A DNA stretch of 64,000 nt from Amoebidium appalachense (lineage: Eukaryota; Protista; Ichthyosporea). A program made the position numbers and the translations under genes. Below are positions 10,641 to 22,180 of this stretch, in pieces (the stretch's first letter is position 1; every line of letters begins with the position of its first letter). Where the stretch lies: assembly GCA_963693365.1 (NCBI GenBank), contig CAVNZM010000016.1, forward strand, positions 7,237,029-7,301,028, written 5' to 3'. The notes beneath the pieces are model-generated. The model was not told where the DNA came from and did no database searches. It worked only from the letters and a program-made list of their open reading frames with translations.

Positions 10641-12776
10641 ATGAAGTTTGGCAAGAAACTGCAGGACGCCTCCGTGCCTGAGTGGCGCGAGTACTATATG
10701 GGCTATAAGCGGCTTAAGAGGGTGATTAAGAAGACGGAATTGAGGCGTATTCGTTCTACCAATGCCTCTCCTGTTCCGGATAAGGAAAAGGAAAAAGATC
10801 CAACCCTTGCAGAGAAACAGCCACTTCTAGCCACTGTTGATGAGAGCTTTGAGTCAGCCCTTGAGCATGACATTATCTTAGTAGACAACTTTTTTCTTTC
10901 CAAACTGACTGAGGCCAAATACGAGTATGGTGAACTTCTAGCTGAGTTCAGACAAGGGGCCGCTACCCCGTCTCCCGGTCCCAGCACTTCACGTTTTCCC
11001 GTTTTTCTACCACGTCGACGCGCCGATGATTCACCTGAGGAACGGTTACTGAGCCTGTACGATAGGGTTCAGAAGCTCGAGGAGTTTTCCCGTGTAAACC
11101 AAACCGGGTTTCGTAAAATTGTCAAGAAATACGACAAAGCGACTGGGGGGGATACACTAAAACAGCTACAGGCACGCATGGAACGCACACATATGCACAG
11201 GTGCGACGAAGATATACACCACCTGTTGAAGGAAATTAATCTTCTGTACATGCAAATTACAAACGACCCCACACACTCGGCCAAGGAGATACTAGCCGAG
11301 CAGGCAAATTCGGGGGGTCTCTTCAAGGTGCACGTGGCCTGGAAATGGAAACCCCTTCTGTTTGGAGCAATCGTGTTTGTGGTGCTGCTGTGTGCACCCA
11401 TCCTGAACCCCGAGCAGTACCACGCACAGAGATGCCTGGCCATGTTGGCCTTCATCACCGTGTTGTGGGTTACAGAGGCAGTGCCGTATTTTGTGGCTGC
11501 ACTGATGATCCCCGTCCTCTCTGTCCTTCTGCGAGTGTATCGGGACGAGATAACGGGCACGGCACTACCGGCGGAGCAAGCGGTCGAGTTTGTACTGAGC
11601 AAAATGTTCAACCACACAACGGCACTAATTCTCGGCGGTTTTGCGATATCATGTGCGTTTTCCAAGTACGGGTTTGAGTTGATCCTGGCGTCGTTTATCG
11701 TTAACCGGCTACAGCGCTACCCGCGTATTTTCCTTCTTGCGATGATGTTCCTGTGCGCTTTTCTCTCCATGTGGATCAGTAATGTGGCCGCCCCCCTCCT
11801 CTGCACATCCATTATTTCGCCTATTCTTCACGACCTTCCACGGCGCAACCGCTACCTAAAAGCACTGCTACTAGGTTTGGCATTTTCCGGAAACATTGGT
11901 GGCATGCTGACACCCATTTCTTCGCCGCAAAACGCCGTAGCTCTCGGGATTTATAACAATTTTGTGCGGAAAGAGGGAGAGGACGAGTCACAAATATCGT
12001 TTCTGTCGTGGATGATGGTGGCAGGTCCCAACGGGGTCTTTCTTTTGTTGGCCGCATGGGTGTTTCTGTTGGTGGCTGTGCGCCCGAACGATTGCCGTTG
12101 TCTTCCGGACGTTATTTTTGACCGGAAACCGTTTACGATTTTCCACTACATTGTTTTGTGCACATCCTTTGCAACCATCATATTGTGGTGCACGCAGTCG
12201 GTCAACGAGGTGATATTCGGCAACATGGGGTTCATTGCCCTGCTCCCCCTCGTTGTGTTTCTGAGCATCGGTGTCCTTACGAAGCATGATTTCAGAGAGC
12301 GGTTCGCTTGGGATCTTGTGTTCCTTATTTCCGGCGGCAATGTTTTGGGGGCGGCTATTAAAAGTTCATCGCTTCTGCAGTTGTTGGCAGACCCCATCGC
12401 TGATCTACTGGATGAGGCGAGACTTTCTGTGTGGGTGCTCACCATCATATTCTCGTTCATTTCCCTCCTCGTATGCAGCGCAATATCGCACACGGTTGGT
12501 GCCATTATACTCACGCCACTCATCTGCGCCATCGGTCAACCACTCGGCGTCGAAAACATGCAACCCATGATCGTCGGTGCAACACTGATGTATAGCGGTG
12601 CGGGGGCGCTACCCATGTCGTCATTCCCGAACATCAATTCGCTTATGATGGAAGACGATCACGAGCAGAAGTATCTGGACCCTGTTGACTTTATCAAGTA
12701 TGGCGGTCCTTTTTCGGTTTTGTGTTTTTTGGTCACTGTGTCTTGGGGCTACATGTGGATGCTGTGCGTGTTTTGA
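10641..12776 (+). CDS. SPX-domain low-affinity phosphate transporter (Pho87/Pho90/Pho91-like, SLC13/DASS family), 711 aa, uninterrupted CDS
   Basis: SPX motifs MKFGKKL..VPEWREYYMGYKRLKRVI and NQTGFRKIVKKYDK; permease motifs LWVTEAVP, SMWISNVAAP, NIGGMLTPISSPQN, SHTVGAII, LPMSSFPN; many TM helices. Confidence 0.95.
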   Translation: MKFGKKLQDASVPEWREYYMGYKRLKRVIKKTELRRIRSTNASPVPDKEKEKDPTLAEKQPLLATVDESFESALEHDIILVDNFFLSKLTEAKYEYGELLAEFRQGAATPSPGPSTSRFPVFLPRRRADDSPEERLLSLYDRVQKLEEFSRVNQTGFRKIVKKYDKATGGDTLKQLQARMERTHMHRCDEDIHHLLKEINLLYMQITNDPTHSAKEILAEQANSGGLFKVHVAWKWKPLLFGAIVFVVLLCAPILNPEQYHAQRCLAMLAFITVLWVTEAVPYFVAALMIPVLSVLLRVYRDEITGTALPAEQAVEFVLSKMFNHTTALILGGFAISCAFSKYGFELILASFIVNRLQRYPRIFLLAMMFLCAFLSMWISNVAAPLLCTSIISPILHDLPRRNRYLKALLLGLAFSGNIGGMLTPISSPQNAVALGIYNNFVRKEGEDESQISFLSWMMVAGPNGVFLLLAAWVFLLVAVRPNDCRCLPDVIFDRKPFTIFHYIVLCTSFATIILWCTQSVNEVIFGNMGFIALLPLVVFLSIGVLTKHDFRERFAWDLVFLISGGNVLGAAIKSSSLLQLLADPIADLLDEARLSVWVLTIIFSFISLLVCSAISHTVGAIILTPLICAIGQPLGVENMQPMIVGATLMYSGAGALPMSSFPNINSLMMEDDHEQKYLDPVDFIKYGGPFSVLCFLVTVSWGYMWMLCVF

Positions 12777-13564
12777 CTTAGGTGTTTAAGATTCTTAGAG
12801 TCTTGGCTAAGTTTGTAGGAATCAGCTGAACCTGGACTATGAACTCCATTTTTTTTTTTCCTGGTTTTTTTTTTGTTTTTTGTTTTTCTTTTTTGCAAGA
12901 AGACAAACACTTTACGTTGGTGGTGCGTATGAACATCTCCGTTATGTGCGAAAGGCTTCTGGGTTTCCTTACGTTCAAATCTAGATGGGAATCTTCTTGT
13001 TTTGTGCTGGATCTAGATAGGTTTTTGCACCTTCTGAGGAATAGCCACACAAGGTGCAGGTATGAATGTCCATTGAACCCGTTATAAGTACTACATCGTA
13101 GGCTACTTTGCGAATAAGAGTAAGTGTTATCTTTGCAGTGTTAGCAGTTGTGGGTTTTAGTGCTTGACCAATTAGTTGTTCCGTCCTATTTTCTTTATGT
13201 TGAACTTTATTTAGAATACACAGTGCTGGTTCTGGAACACACGATGGTGCAACCCTCCCTCCCTCCCTCCCCCTCCCTTCCTCCCCTCTCCCCTGAGGGT
13301 TCTAAGGGTGGGCATGGCCTATTATGCATAATCTATATTCGTGTGATTTGCGTAGGCTAGGTCTGCATGTTGTTCGTCAAGAGAGTTCCCTTCATGGTCT
13401 ATATATCACAATCACCCCCCCCCCCCCCCCCCCCCCCCCGGAGCATGTCTTAAAGTCTCTCCCCAGCCCCCTTCCATGCGATGCATTGTGATTTGCATGT
13501 GCATACCACACGTGTACATACACATTTGTACAAGCTTACGCACACACACACACACACACACACA

Positions 13565-13657
<93 letters not shown>

Positions 13658-14547
13658 GCACATCATAGTACCTACATCCCAACGTTTCACCCATCTCCCC
13701 CCCCCCCCCCCCCCCCCCCCCACCCACCCCCCCCGCCCCTCCTCCCCCCCAGAAAAAAAAAAGACAAGAATTAAACGAAAGAAAAATGGTTTCATTTCGC
13801 CAGCTCCACGTTGCCCTTCAATATCTCCCCCCTCCCCTGCAGCAACCGTGCATGGTTAGTGTAGAGAAAACAAAACAAAAAATAAATAATAATAAACAAA
13901 CAAACAAAGAAAAAAACAAAGAAACACCCCACATCGCAAACTAACTAATCAACGGCTGTTTAAAGGCAGGTGTGATCAAAAAGAAAACACCACACTCCAT
14001 TGCGAAAGTGTTTGTGTGCGTGTACTTGTGCGCCTGGAGCACACTCAATGAGGATGTTCGTGAGACTCTTTTGTGTGTGTCTATGAGGAAACAAGTGTCT
14101 GTGCGGGCATGTCACAGTATCACGGTGTGTGTACGTGTGCGTGTGTGTGTGGGTGGATCTGTGCGAATGTGTTTCCATGCATGTGTGCTTGAGCTGTGTA
14201 AGTGCCTATCTCTTTCCTGCCTGTCTTTTCAGCGTGTGTGGTTGTAACGTGCAGCACGTGCCTGCATTTGTATTTGGCTGCTGTGTATTCGCGCACGTGT
14301 GCGTGTGAAGGTGTTTTTGTGTGGCGCCACGTTGTGTGTGCATGGTAAATCTGTGGGCAGGTGCGGGCAGAGTGTGTACGTGAAATTTTTGTGTGGCACG
14401 CGCCCGCCCGTGCGTGCGTGTATGTGTGTGTGTGCCACTGTGTTTTGCGTGTGTGAGTACATATGTGTGCAGATCCGTGCGTGTGTCTGTGTGTGACGTG
14501 TGTGTGTGTGTGTGCGTGTGTCTGTGTCTCTCTGTGTGTGTGTGAGA

Positions 14548-14585
<38 letters not shown>

Positions 14586-14990
14586 GTGCGTGCGTATGTG
14601 TATGTGTGTGTGTGTGTTTGCATGTGTGTGTGTGTGACATTTTGTGTGTGCGTGTGTGCGCGCGCGTGCTTGTGTGCACATGCGCATGTGCGTGTGTGCG
14701 TGTGTGTGTGCGTGTGTGTGGGTGGGTGGGTGCGTGCATGCACGTGTGTGTTTCCTTGTGTGTGTGTGCGCGCGTGTGCGTGCGTGCGTGCGTGTGTGCG
14801 TGTGTGCGTGTGTGCGTGTGTGCGTGTGTGCGTGTGTGCGTGTGTGCGTGCTGTGCGTGCTGTGCGTGTGCGTGTGTGTGTGTTTAACACACGCATGCTG
14901 TACTCTTCAAGCTGAAACCGCAAGGTTTTTGGTAGTACCAGTTTCCTGTGTCCCCCCCCCCCCCCCCCCCCTCCCCCCTCCCCCTCTCAG

Positions 14991-15024
<34 letters not shown>

Positions 15025-16001
15025 ATCCCCCCCCGGGCCCCTCCACTCCCTCCCTTCCCGGTTTTCAGATTCTTATACATGAATCTTCAATAACGTCATC
15101 TCCGGCATCAGGGCTGTAGGCGCAGACAGACAGATAGTATAAGTACATATCTGCAATGTTCATGCGTGATGCCACAGTGTGCACACTGACACGTGAGGTC
15201 GACGGCATACATGCATACATCATGCACATACAGTTGAGATCTAGAACAGATGCTTGCATAGGCATGCACATTTATACACATGCGGTATAGACATAACTCT
15301 CGTGTTACACATATATAGGCTCTCACACGTCAGATATGTGACACAAACCCATTAATGCGCATGTGCAATCTTGTGTGCGTATAAAGTTGGTCCCGACCAG
15401 CTGTGCACGTGCACCGGCAGCGTACAGCTGACCATGTTTCATCTTGCAGCTGCAGATAACCAGTTCGTTGCCAGGCTGTACATGCAGCAGCACCGAGCAC
15501 GCGTTCCTGTCACATTTCCTCAAGCACCGCACAGTGAGCGCAGTGAAGGTGCATGTTTCGCCGTGAAGATGTCAACTTATCAGAGTCAAGATCAGCTGGG
15601 CTCAGCAGGTGAGTATAGGGGGACTTCCGGCTGGAGTATCTCGCTGCCGCGGCGGCGCGCTGAGACATCCATTCCCGGTTTGGGTACGTACTACTACAGG
15701 CGTATTTTTCCACAGGTTCGTCTTTTGTTCAATTGTTATAGATATTCAACACGTGCTGTGTTTTTGGATACATGTACTTTACGTACTTAGTAACGCCGAC
15801 GACGCGAGTCGCGAGTCGCGAGTCGCGAGCCTTCGAAATTCGAAAATTCGAATTGAACCGAACTGACAGGTGCCGAAATTGCAATATAGGGGGTATACAA
15901 TCAAAGCCTTCACCAATGAGATGACCGAATAGAACGAATAGATCTGCCATCTCCTCCATCTTTTGGGCGAGCCACGTCAGATGGCCGTGTGCTCCGCGCA
16001 C

Positions 16002-16133
16002 TATAAAACCTGCCCCACCCTCTGCTCTCCTCTCAGTTCCGGTGTGTGCGCAGTTAGCAAATGTGCACTATTTCGCTAGTTAGCTACCTTTTCGGCTATA
16101 CGCTCCAGTAGCATTATTCTGTGAACTAATTAG
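16002..16133 (+). promoter_or_regulatory. Core promoter of the VTC gene (TATA + Inr) with a probable 5'-UTR intron 16042-16133
   Basis: TATAAAA at 16002-16008, TCAGTT at 16033-16038, G|GTGTGT donor, ACTAAT-TAG acceptor, Kozak gccaccATGg at 16197. Confidence 0.55.
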
Positions 16134-16196
16134 GTCTCACTCAGCACCCACACACACGAGACAAGTCGTGTGTGCTGCCACACACGGCTGGCCACC

Positions 16197-17693
16197 ATGG
16201 CGCCAAACGCCACTACCACACTGTGCGCACTCACCCCCATGGCCACACACTCATTTCCAAACATAAACACAGCACAAACCACACGGGATGGATCTGACGG
16301 GGTATTCACACGCAAAACCAAAAAATACGTCATTGCAAACAGTCAACTTGCACACTGCAAACAAGTTCTGAGCGAAAACTTGGGCTGCTCTCCCTTTGTG
16401 TTCCCCGACGGTACACAGACACTCAGCCAAACTAACCACAGCGTGTACTTGGACAATGACACCCTAGACCTCTACCACAACGCAGCAGCTAAAAAGGACG
16501 GCGCACAACGAGTTCGTATCCGTTGGTACGGTGAGAGTCTGTCGCGGTCGAGTGTGTTCGTTGAGAGAAAGAAACATAGGGACGAAGAGGGACGTTTGAA
16601 GGGAAAATACTCGAGCAAGGAGAGGTTTGAGCTGCCTGTGGAAAACATCGAGGGGTATCTGCAAGGCACATGGACACCAACGGGCGAGGGCGTGCCCAAA
16701 CTAGCAAAGTCTGTGCAATGGCTGGCAGTGGGAGAGAAACTACGTCCAAACACACACATCACATACACGCGCACGTCGTATCAGAACGACACGGACACAA
16801 ACACGCGTATCACCATCGACGAGGGCACGTGCGCGTACACGTGCACAGGCACGTGGGCAGACATTGTGAAAGCAGACGGAAGGCCAAACACGCGGCATAA
16901 GTGTGGGGTGGATGGGTTTGGGGTGATGGAGGTGAAGGTGAGGGTGGCGGACGGGAAGAGCGCAGCGGACTTCTATCCGGCGTGGCTGACGCAACTTCTC
17001 GAAAATCCGGGAATTTCCGAAATGAAAATATCGAAATACGACCTTGCCTGTGCCCGTCTCATGCCTGAAAAACTCGTGTTTGTACCAGCGTTTGTGGAGG
17101 AAATCGAGAACTTTGCACGTGCACACACAGGCTCGGCAGGGCCCGTGGAAAAAGTTGAACCCCTTATGCACGCCCTTCCACCCACCACCGCACACACGGT
17201 CGTTTCCTTGGTTGAAGACGAAAAACGGAAAGAAAACGAAAACACAACACCTGTTTGCGCTGTTGACGTTAACCCAAAAACAGAAAATGAAACGGAAACG
17301 AAAAAGGAACCCCTCAAATCGATCGACAAGAAGGGGCTCATGGCGGTAGAGAGAACATTTTTCAAGTGGGTGCGCACCGCGGCATTCTTCGTAGCATTTG
17401 GTCTCGCGCTCGCACACATGCAGGGAGGGAAGAGCATTTACGCAAAGGTAGCCATCACCACCACGTGCGCAGATGCGCTTGTACTATACGCACTTGTGGT
17501 GTATCATAGACGTGCACGGCTTATGATTGCAGGGAGAGTTGATACGGATGGGTCTGCGCCTGTGTTCTATAGCAAGTATGCTACCACGGTACTGGGGGTG
17601 GGGTTTGTGCTGTTTTTTACTATTTACACGGTGGTGGTGTTTGTGTTGGGTGCGGACACTAGACCATTTTCGTCGGGTAATACGGGTGCGTAG
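16197..17693 (+). CDS. VTC4: VTC4-like polyphosphate polymerase (VTC/TTM tunnel domain + DUF202 3-TM anchor), no SPX domain, 498 aa, uninterrupted CDS
   Basis: FTRKTKKY, SVYLDN..LDLY, RVRIRWYG, VFVERKKH, SKERF, YTRTSYQ, RITID, VMEVKV, KISKY; C-terminal MAVERTFFKWVR plus three hydrophobic helices. Confidence 0.9.
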   Translation: MAPNATTTLCALTPMATHSFPNINTAQTTRDGSDGVFTRKTKKYVIANSQLAHCKQVLSENLGCSPFVFPDGTQTLSQTNHSVYLDNDTLDLYHNAAAKKDGAQRVRIRWYGESLSRSSVFVERKKHRDEEGRLKGKYSSKERFELPVENIEGYLQGTWTPTGEGVPKLAKSVQWLAVGEKLRPNTHITYTRTSYQNDTDTNTRITIDEGTCAYTCTGTWADIVKADGRPNTRHKCGVDGFGVMEVKVRVADGKSAADFYPAWLTQLLENPGISEMKISKYDLACARLMPEKLVFVPAFVEEIENFARAHTGSAGPVEKVEPLMHALPPTTAHTVVSLVEDEKRKENENTTPVCAVDVNPKTENETETKKEPLKSIDKKGLMAVERTFFKWVRTAAFFVAFGLALAHMQGGKSIYAKVAITTTCADALVLYALVVYHRRARLMIAGRVDTDGSAPVFYSKYATTVLGVGFVLFFTIYTVVVFVLGADTRPFSSGNTGA

Positions 17694-18769
17694 CGTGTGT
17701 GGTGGTGATGGGGGTACTACGGATTTTGCATGTTAGACAGCCACTTTTCAATGTATGAGGATGTTATTTCAGTGTGGCAGGCTAAAAACGAGAAATTGGC
17801 ATATTTTATCTTTTCTTTTTCGGTGTTATTTTTTGGAAAATTTGGCTCGGAGCAGAGTAGAGGGTGTCTTAGCTTCACCATTCTTGTGACTAAGAGTACG
17901 GCGCCATTGCCCCCCCGTTCCCCAATCTCCTCAAATCCCCATCCCCACTCCATCACCCTTTCGTATCAAGCGAATTTTTCTAGTTAGAGCTTTTGGCTTT
18001 GAGTTTCTATTTGTATGAATGGAGTTAGAAAACCTATGAGTTGTTATACATAGCTAGTGGGGTGATGTGTAAATAACCCAACCTTTACACTGATTACGTC
18101 TTTGCAATCTTTTTGAAGACGGCTGAAGTGTGAGAAAAATAAACGAATGTTTATTTCGAACCTTGAAAATACCCGATCAAGCCTCCCCTACTAACCTCTC
18201 CTCACCCCCCCCCCCCCCCCCCTACCTCCCGCCCTTTCCCCTTCCCCTCCCTCCCCCCCTCCCCCCTCCCTGCATCCTCCAAAATCCGCTCTATCCACAT
18301 ACATGTGCTTTCCCCTCCCTCCTAGGAATGACACCGTGCAGGCTGCGTTGTCCCAAACTGAATTAACATAGCCATCCCATTCATAACCCCCCCCCCCCCC
18401 CCTAAAAAAAAAAAAAAAAAAAAAAAAAGACACTCACTCAGACATCCCTCCTCCCCCTCCTCCCATCTTCATTCGTCTCCCTCCCTCCCCTTCCCCCCCC
18501 CCCCCCCCCCCTCCCCTCCCCCCCCCCCCCCCAAAAAAAAAGAACGCCACCGCCTCCGCCAATCCACACAATGATACAAGAACACGAGTTCGGCCCCCCT
18601 CCCCTCCCCCCTCCTCCCACCCCCTCCCCCCCCCCCCCCCCCCCCAGCCCCCCCGGAATAAAAAAAAAACACCCCTCCTCCGTTCAAACCTCCTTCTCGA
18701 TCACGTATACTCATTTTTCCACCACTTAAATCATGGTTTTACCTACACACACATGTGTGTACCACTCAA

Positions 18770-19678
18770 CACACGCAGATGCGCGTGCCGTGCTAGTATC
18801 TAACATTAATGCACCAAGGCACCTCACAAACATTATGCACACAGACACATAATAAACTCACTGCACCTGTTTTCTACAGCAGGCATGCTACCACGGTAGT
18901 GGGGGTCGGGTTTGTTCTGTTTTTTACTATATATGCGGTAGTCGGCCCGATACGAGTGTATAGGGTGGGTGATGGTGGCGGGGGGTCGTAGGGTTCTTAT
19001 GATATTGAGTTGTTGGTTTTCAAGTATGATAATATTTGTGTGGCTGGCTAAAAAAGTGAAACTGATAAGTTAGCAATTTTTTTTTTTGTGTGTGTGCGGG
19101 GGAGGGGGGAAGGGGGGGATGAGAGGGGGGGGGGGGGGGGGCTTTTCTTTTTTTTTGCCTTTTTTCCCCCCAAAGTTTGGAAAGTAGCTACTCGGAGGTA
19201 TGACTTACCTTCGGGATACTAGTACTTATGAGTGTGAAACCAACCCCCCCCCCCTCTTTCCCTCCGTTCAACCGTCTCCCCAAATCCCTCAAACCCCATC
19301 CCCACTCCATCTCGCCTTCGCGTTAGGCAAATGTTCTCGTAAGAACTATTTCAATTTATTTTTCTATTTGTATTTAGATAACATCCGTGGCCGTAGTGAG
19401 ATAATATGGAAGTTAACCGAGCCTTAAAAATATGGATATCTTTCAAATCCTTTTTGCTGGGATGCAGTGTGCGCTAAACAAACGAACGTTAATTCGAAAC
19501 ACTGAAATTTCTGAACTTCCCTTAATTTCATCCCCTCCCCCCCCCCCCTCCCCCCCCTCCCTCCCTCCCCCCCTTTTCCCCCGGTGCACCCTCAAAGCTC
19601 CCCCCTTCCACCAACTTGCCTATGTATGGCACCTATGTCGCCCCAAATCCTTTTCAACTATATCACATCCATACCTCC

Positions 19679-19712
<34 letters not shown>

Positions 19713-19890
19713 CCCCCTCTTCCCCCTCTTTCCTCAGGCCGCTCCCGCAGCTAATCCACATACTGTACACAAACCCTCTCCCCCCCCCCCCCCCCCCCCC
19801 CGCCCCCTCCCTTCCCCCCGTTGGGCCCTCCTTCTCGATCACATGTTCAGCTGCCCACCACCTAAACCATGGTTCTACCCACACCCACAC
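18770..19890 (+). pseudogene. Decayed tandem duplicate of the VTC gene 3' end and 3' flank (paralogous to ~17460-18770)
   Basis: APVFYSRHATTVVGVGFVLFFTIYAVV versus APVFYSKYATTVLGVGFVLFFTIYTVV; flank matches 17920/19278, 18140/19480 and 18690/19828. Confidence 0.85.
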
Positions 19891-19998
19891 ACGTGGTGGG
19901 TGTGGGTAGAACCATGGTTTAGGTGGGTGGGTAGAACCATGGTTTAGGTGGTGGGCAGCTGAACATGTGATCGAGAAGGAGGGCCCAACGGGGGGAAG

Positions 19999-20034
<36 letters not shown>

Positions 20035-20099
20035 AGGGTTTGTGTACAGTATGTGGATTAGCTGCGGGAGCGGCCTGAGGAAAGAGGGGGAAGAGGGGG

Positions 20100-20132
<33 letters not shown>

Positions 20133-20153
20133 GGAAGGTATGGATGTGATATA
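19659..20153. repeat. Near-perfect ~500-bp palindrome (fold-back) with a ~7-nt spacer at ~19891 and a ~25-bp tandem duplication in the right arm
   Basis: Arms are reverse complements from tatatcacatccatacct (19659) to aggtatggatgtgatata (20153), differing mainly in homopolymer lengths. Confidence 0.95.
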
Positions 20154-20370
20154 TCCTTCTGTTCAATCAAAAGGGTTGTCTTGCCAAATCCAATCGCATA
20201 CTGAAGTCTTGTTCTTCAACCACAGATCTGTCTTAAAAGGCTATGCATAAACTGTCCCCCCCCCCCCCCCCCCCCCTCCTCCTCCCTCCCGGCGCCCCAA
20301 ACACACGAGCACCGTGCGAGCGGTCACACACACAAACTTTGTGACATACGCATGCCCACACGCACGTGTG

Positions 20371-20415
<45 letters not shown>

Positions 20416-20513
20416 ACACACACACACACACCCACACACCCACCCACCCACCCACACCCACACACACACACACACACGCACACGCGCGCGCACACACACA
20501 CACAGAGAGACAC

Positions 20514-20620
<107 letters not shown>

Positions 20621-22043
20621 AGGTAGACTGGGAGAGGTGTGTCTGAGTTATAATATGAACGGAAGAGGAATATATGTGGTTTAAGACAATGTAGCTTCAT
20701 CCAAATTTTTCTGTGCATATGTGCAAGATGCATGTGCCGTGTGACGCAAAAAGATGTCGATTCAGGTAAAATATTTACCTCAGTTTAAACGTCACCAATC
20801 GGCGATCAGCGGAAGGACGAACCCAATGGTTGGCTTTGACTATAAATGAGGTTTTCCTTTTTTAGGCATTTGTTTATAGGGTGCGCAATTGAGACATACA
20901 GACATAGTGGATGGAACACGTGAATGTGTTCATGATGCACGTGCCTGTGTGTGTGTTTGGAATATCCTATAGGCTATGAACACGTGTGCGTGTTTAAGAT
21001 TTGAGTGTTAACATACCATCATGCACTAAACGTGTGCATTAAGTTACAGCACGTGTGTGCATGTGTGTGTGTGTGTGTGGGTGTGTGTGCCAGGGGCCCG
21101 GTTTATGTGTGTGCATGTGTTTGTGTGTGTTTGTGAGGTGGGGGGGGGGGGGGGGGGGGGAAGGTTGCACTCATGTGCAATTGCGTGTGCTTGGGTACAT
21201 GTGTGTGTGTGCATGTGCGTGTGTGTCCGAAAGGGGGAGGAGTTGGGGGCGGGGAGGGGGGAAGGGGGGGGGGGGGGGGGGAGGGAGGGGAGAGGAAGGG
21301 AGAGGGCTGCTTGCTATACAGTTTCAGGTTTGGCCGTACATTTCCAATCATCTTTGGTTGGTGCCCTCGGTCCAAGATGTTGAGCTTGAATCGGGAAGGG
21401 GGGCACGGGGAAAGTGGAAAACAATGAAAGGTGGTGGCCGGCTGTAAACCCTCGTCTGGCTCCTCCCTCGATCCCCCCCCCCCCCCCCCCCCCCCCCCTC
21501 CTCTCTGGGGCTATATCTTGTCACTACCATCGGATCATACAGTGTTGAATAACATGTTGAATGTTTTTAAGGCCGCTATCAAGCACCCAAAGCCCCAAAA
21601 CAACCAGTACCGAACAAATCGACTCCCCCCCCCCCCCCTTCCCCACCCCCTGCCCCCCCCCTTCCCCCTTTTTTTTTTATTTAAAAAAAGGCCCCTGCCC
21701 CAGTCTGGATCAATCATTTGTGACCCGAATTATAATACATAGAGCATCGAGCAGAGGGTTAAACGGTTTATCTCCTGCCATTGCCAAGAGCTTGCGAGGC
21801 CCTATAGCTTATGGTGCTCTGGGGCCATCGGGATATAATAATTAGTAGTTGCTGAGGATGAGATGATATAGCAAAGTAGGGAGTAGGGTCACCTGGAGTG
21901 AGAAGCTTGGGCGTGCGGGGAAGGCCGGACGAGGCCCAGGCGAGGCCGGAGGGGGGGAGGGGGGGGAAAAGGCCCATGCCCGGTTGGTGTGCCTGTAGGG
22001 AAAGCGGTGACATGGCCATGGGTGACATTGATGATGGTTGGAC

Positions 22044-22080
<37 letters not shown>

Positions 22081-22084
22081 CTTG

Positions 22085-22180
22085 CGGATGCCGTAAGGCG
22101 GGTGAGTGGCCTAGCTATGTGGGGGTTTTATGATTGGGCACAAAACGGCAGTAGAAGCCCATCCACCTACTCGTTAGTGT
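22085..22180 (-). mobile_element. Short Ty3/gypsy-like pol relic (RT thumb/connection)
   Basis: Minus-strand translation MGFYCRFVPNHKNPHIARPLTRLT resembles the gypsy consensus GYYRRFIPNFS.IA.PLT.L; only ~25 codons are recognisable. Confidence 0.4.

Noticed and set aside
10100-16000. CACGT(G) Pho4-like boxes upstream of the phosphate genes
   Set aside because: CACGTG is abundant across the whole window, so its presence here is uninformative.
21445-21763. piggyBac-like MITE (TAAA-CCCT...AGGG-TTAA)
   Set aside because: Only ~5 bp of terminal match and an imperfect TSD; no second copy in the window.
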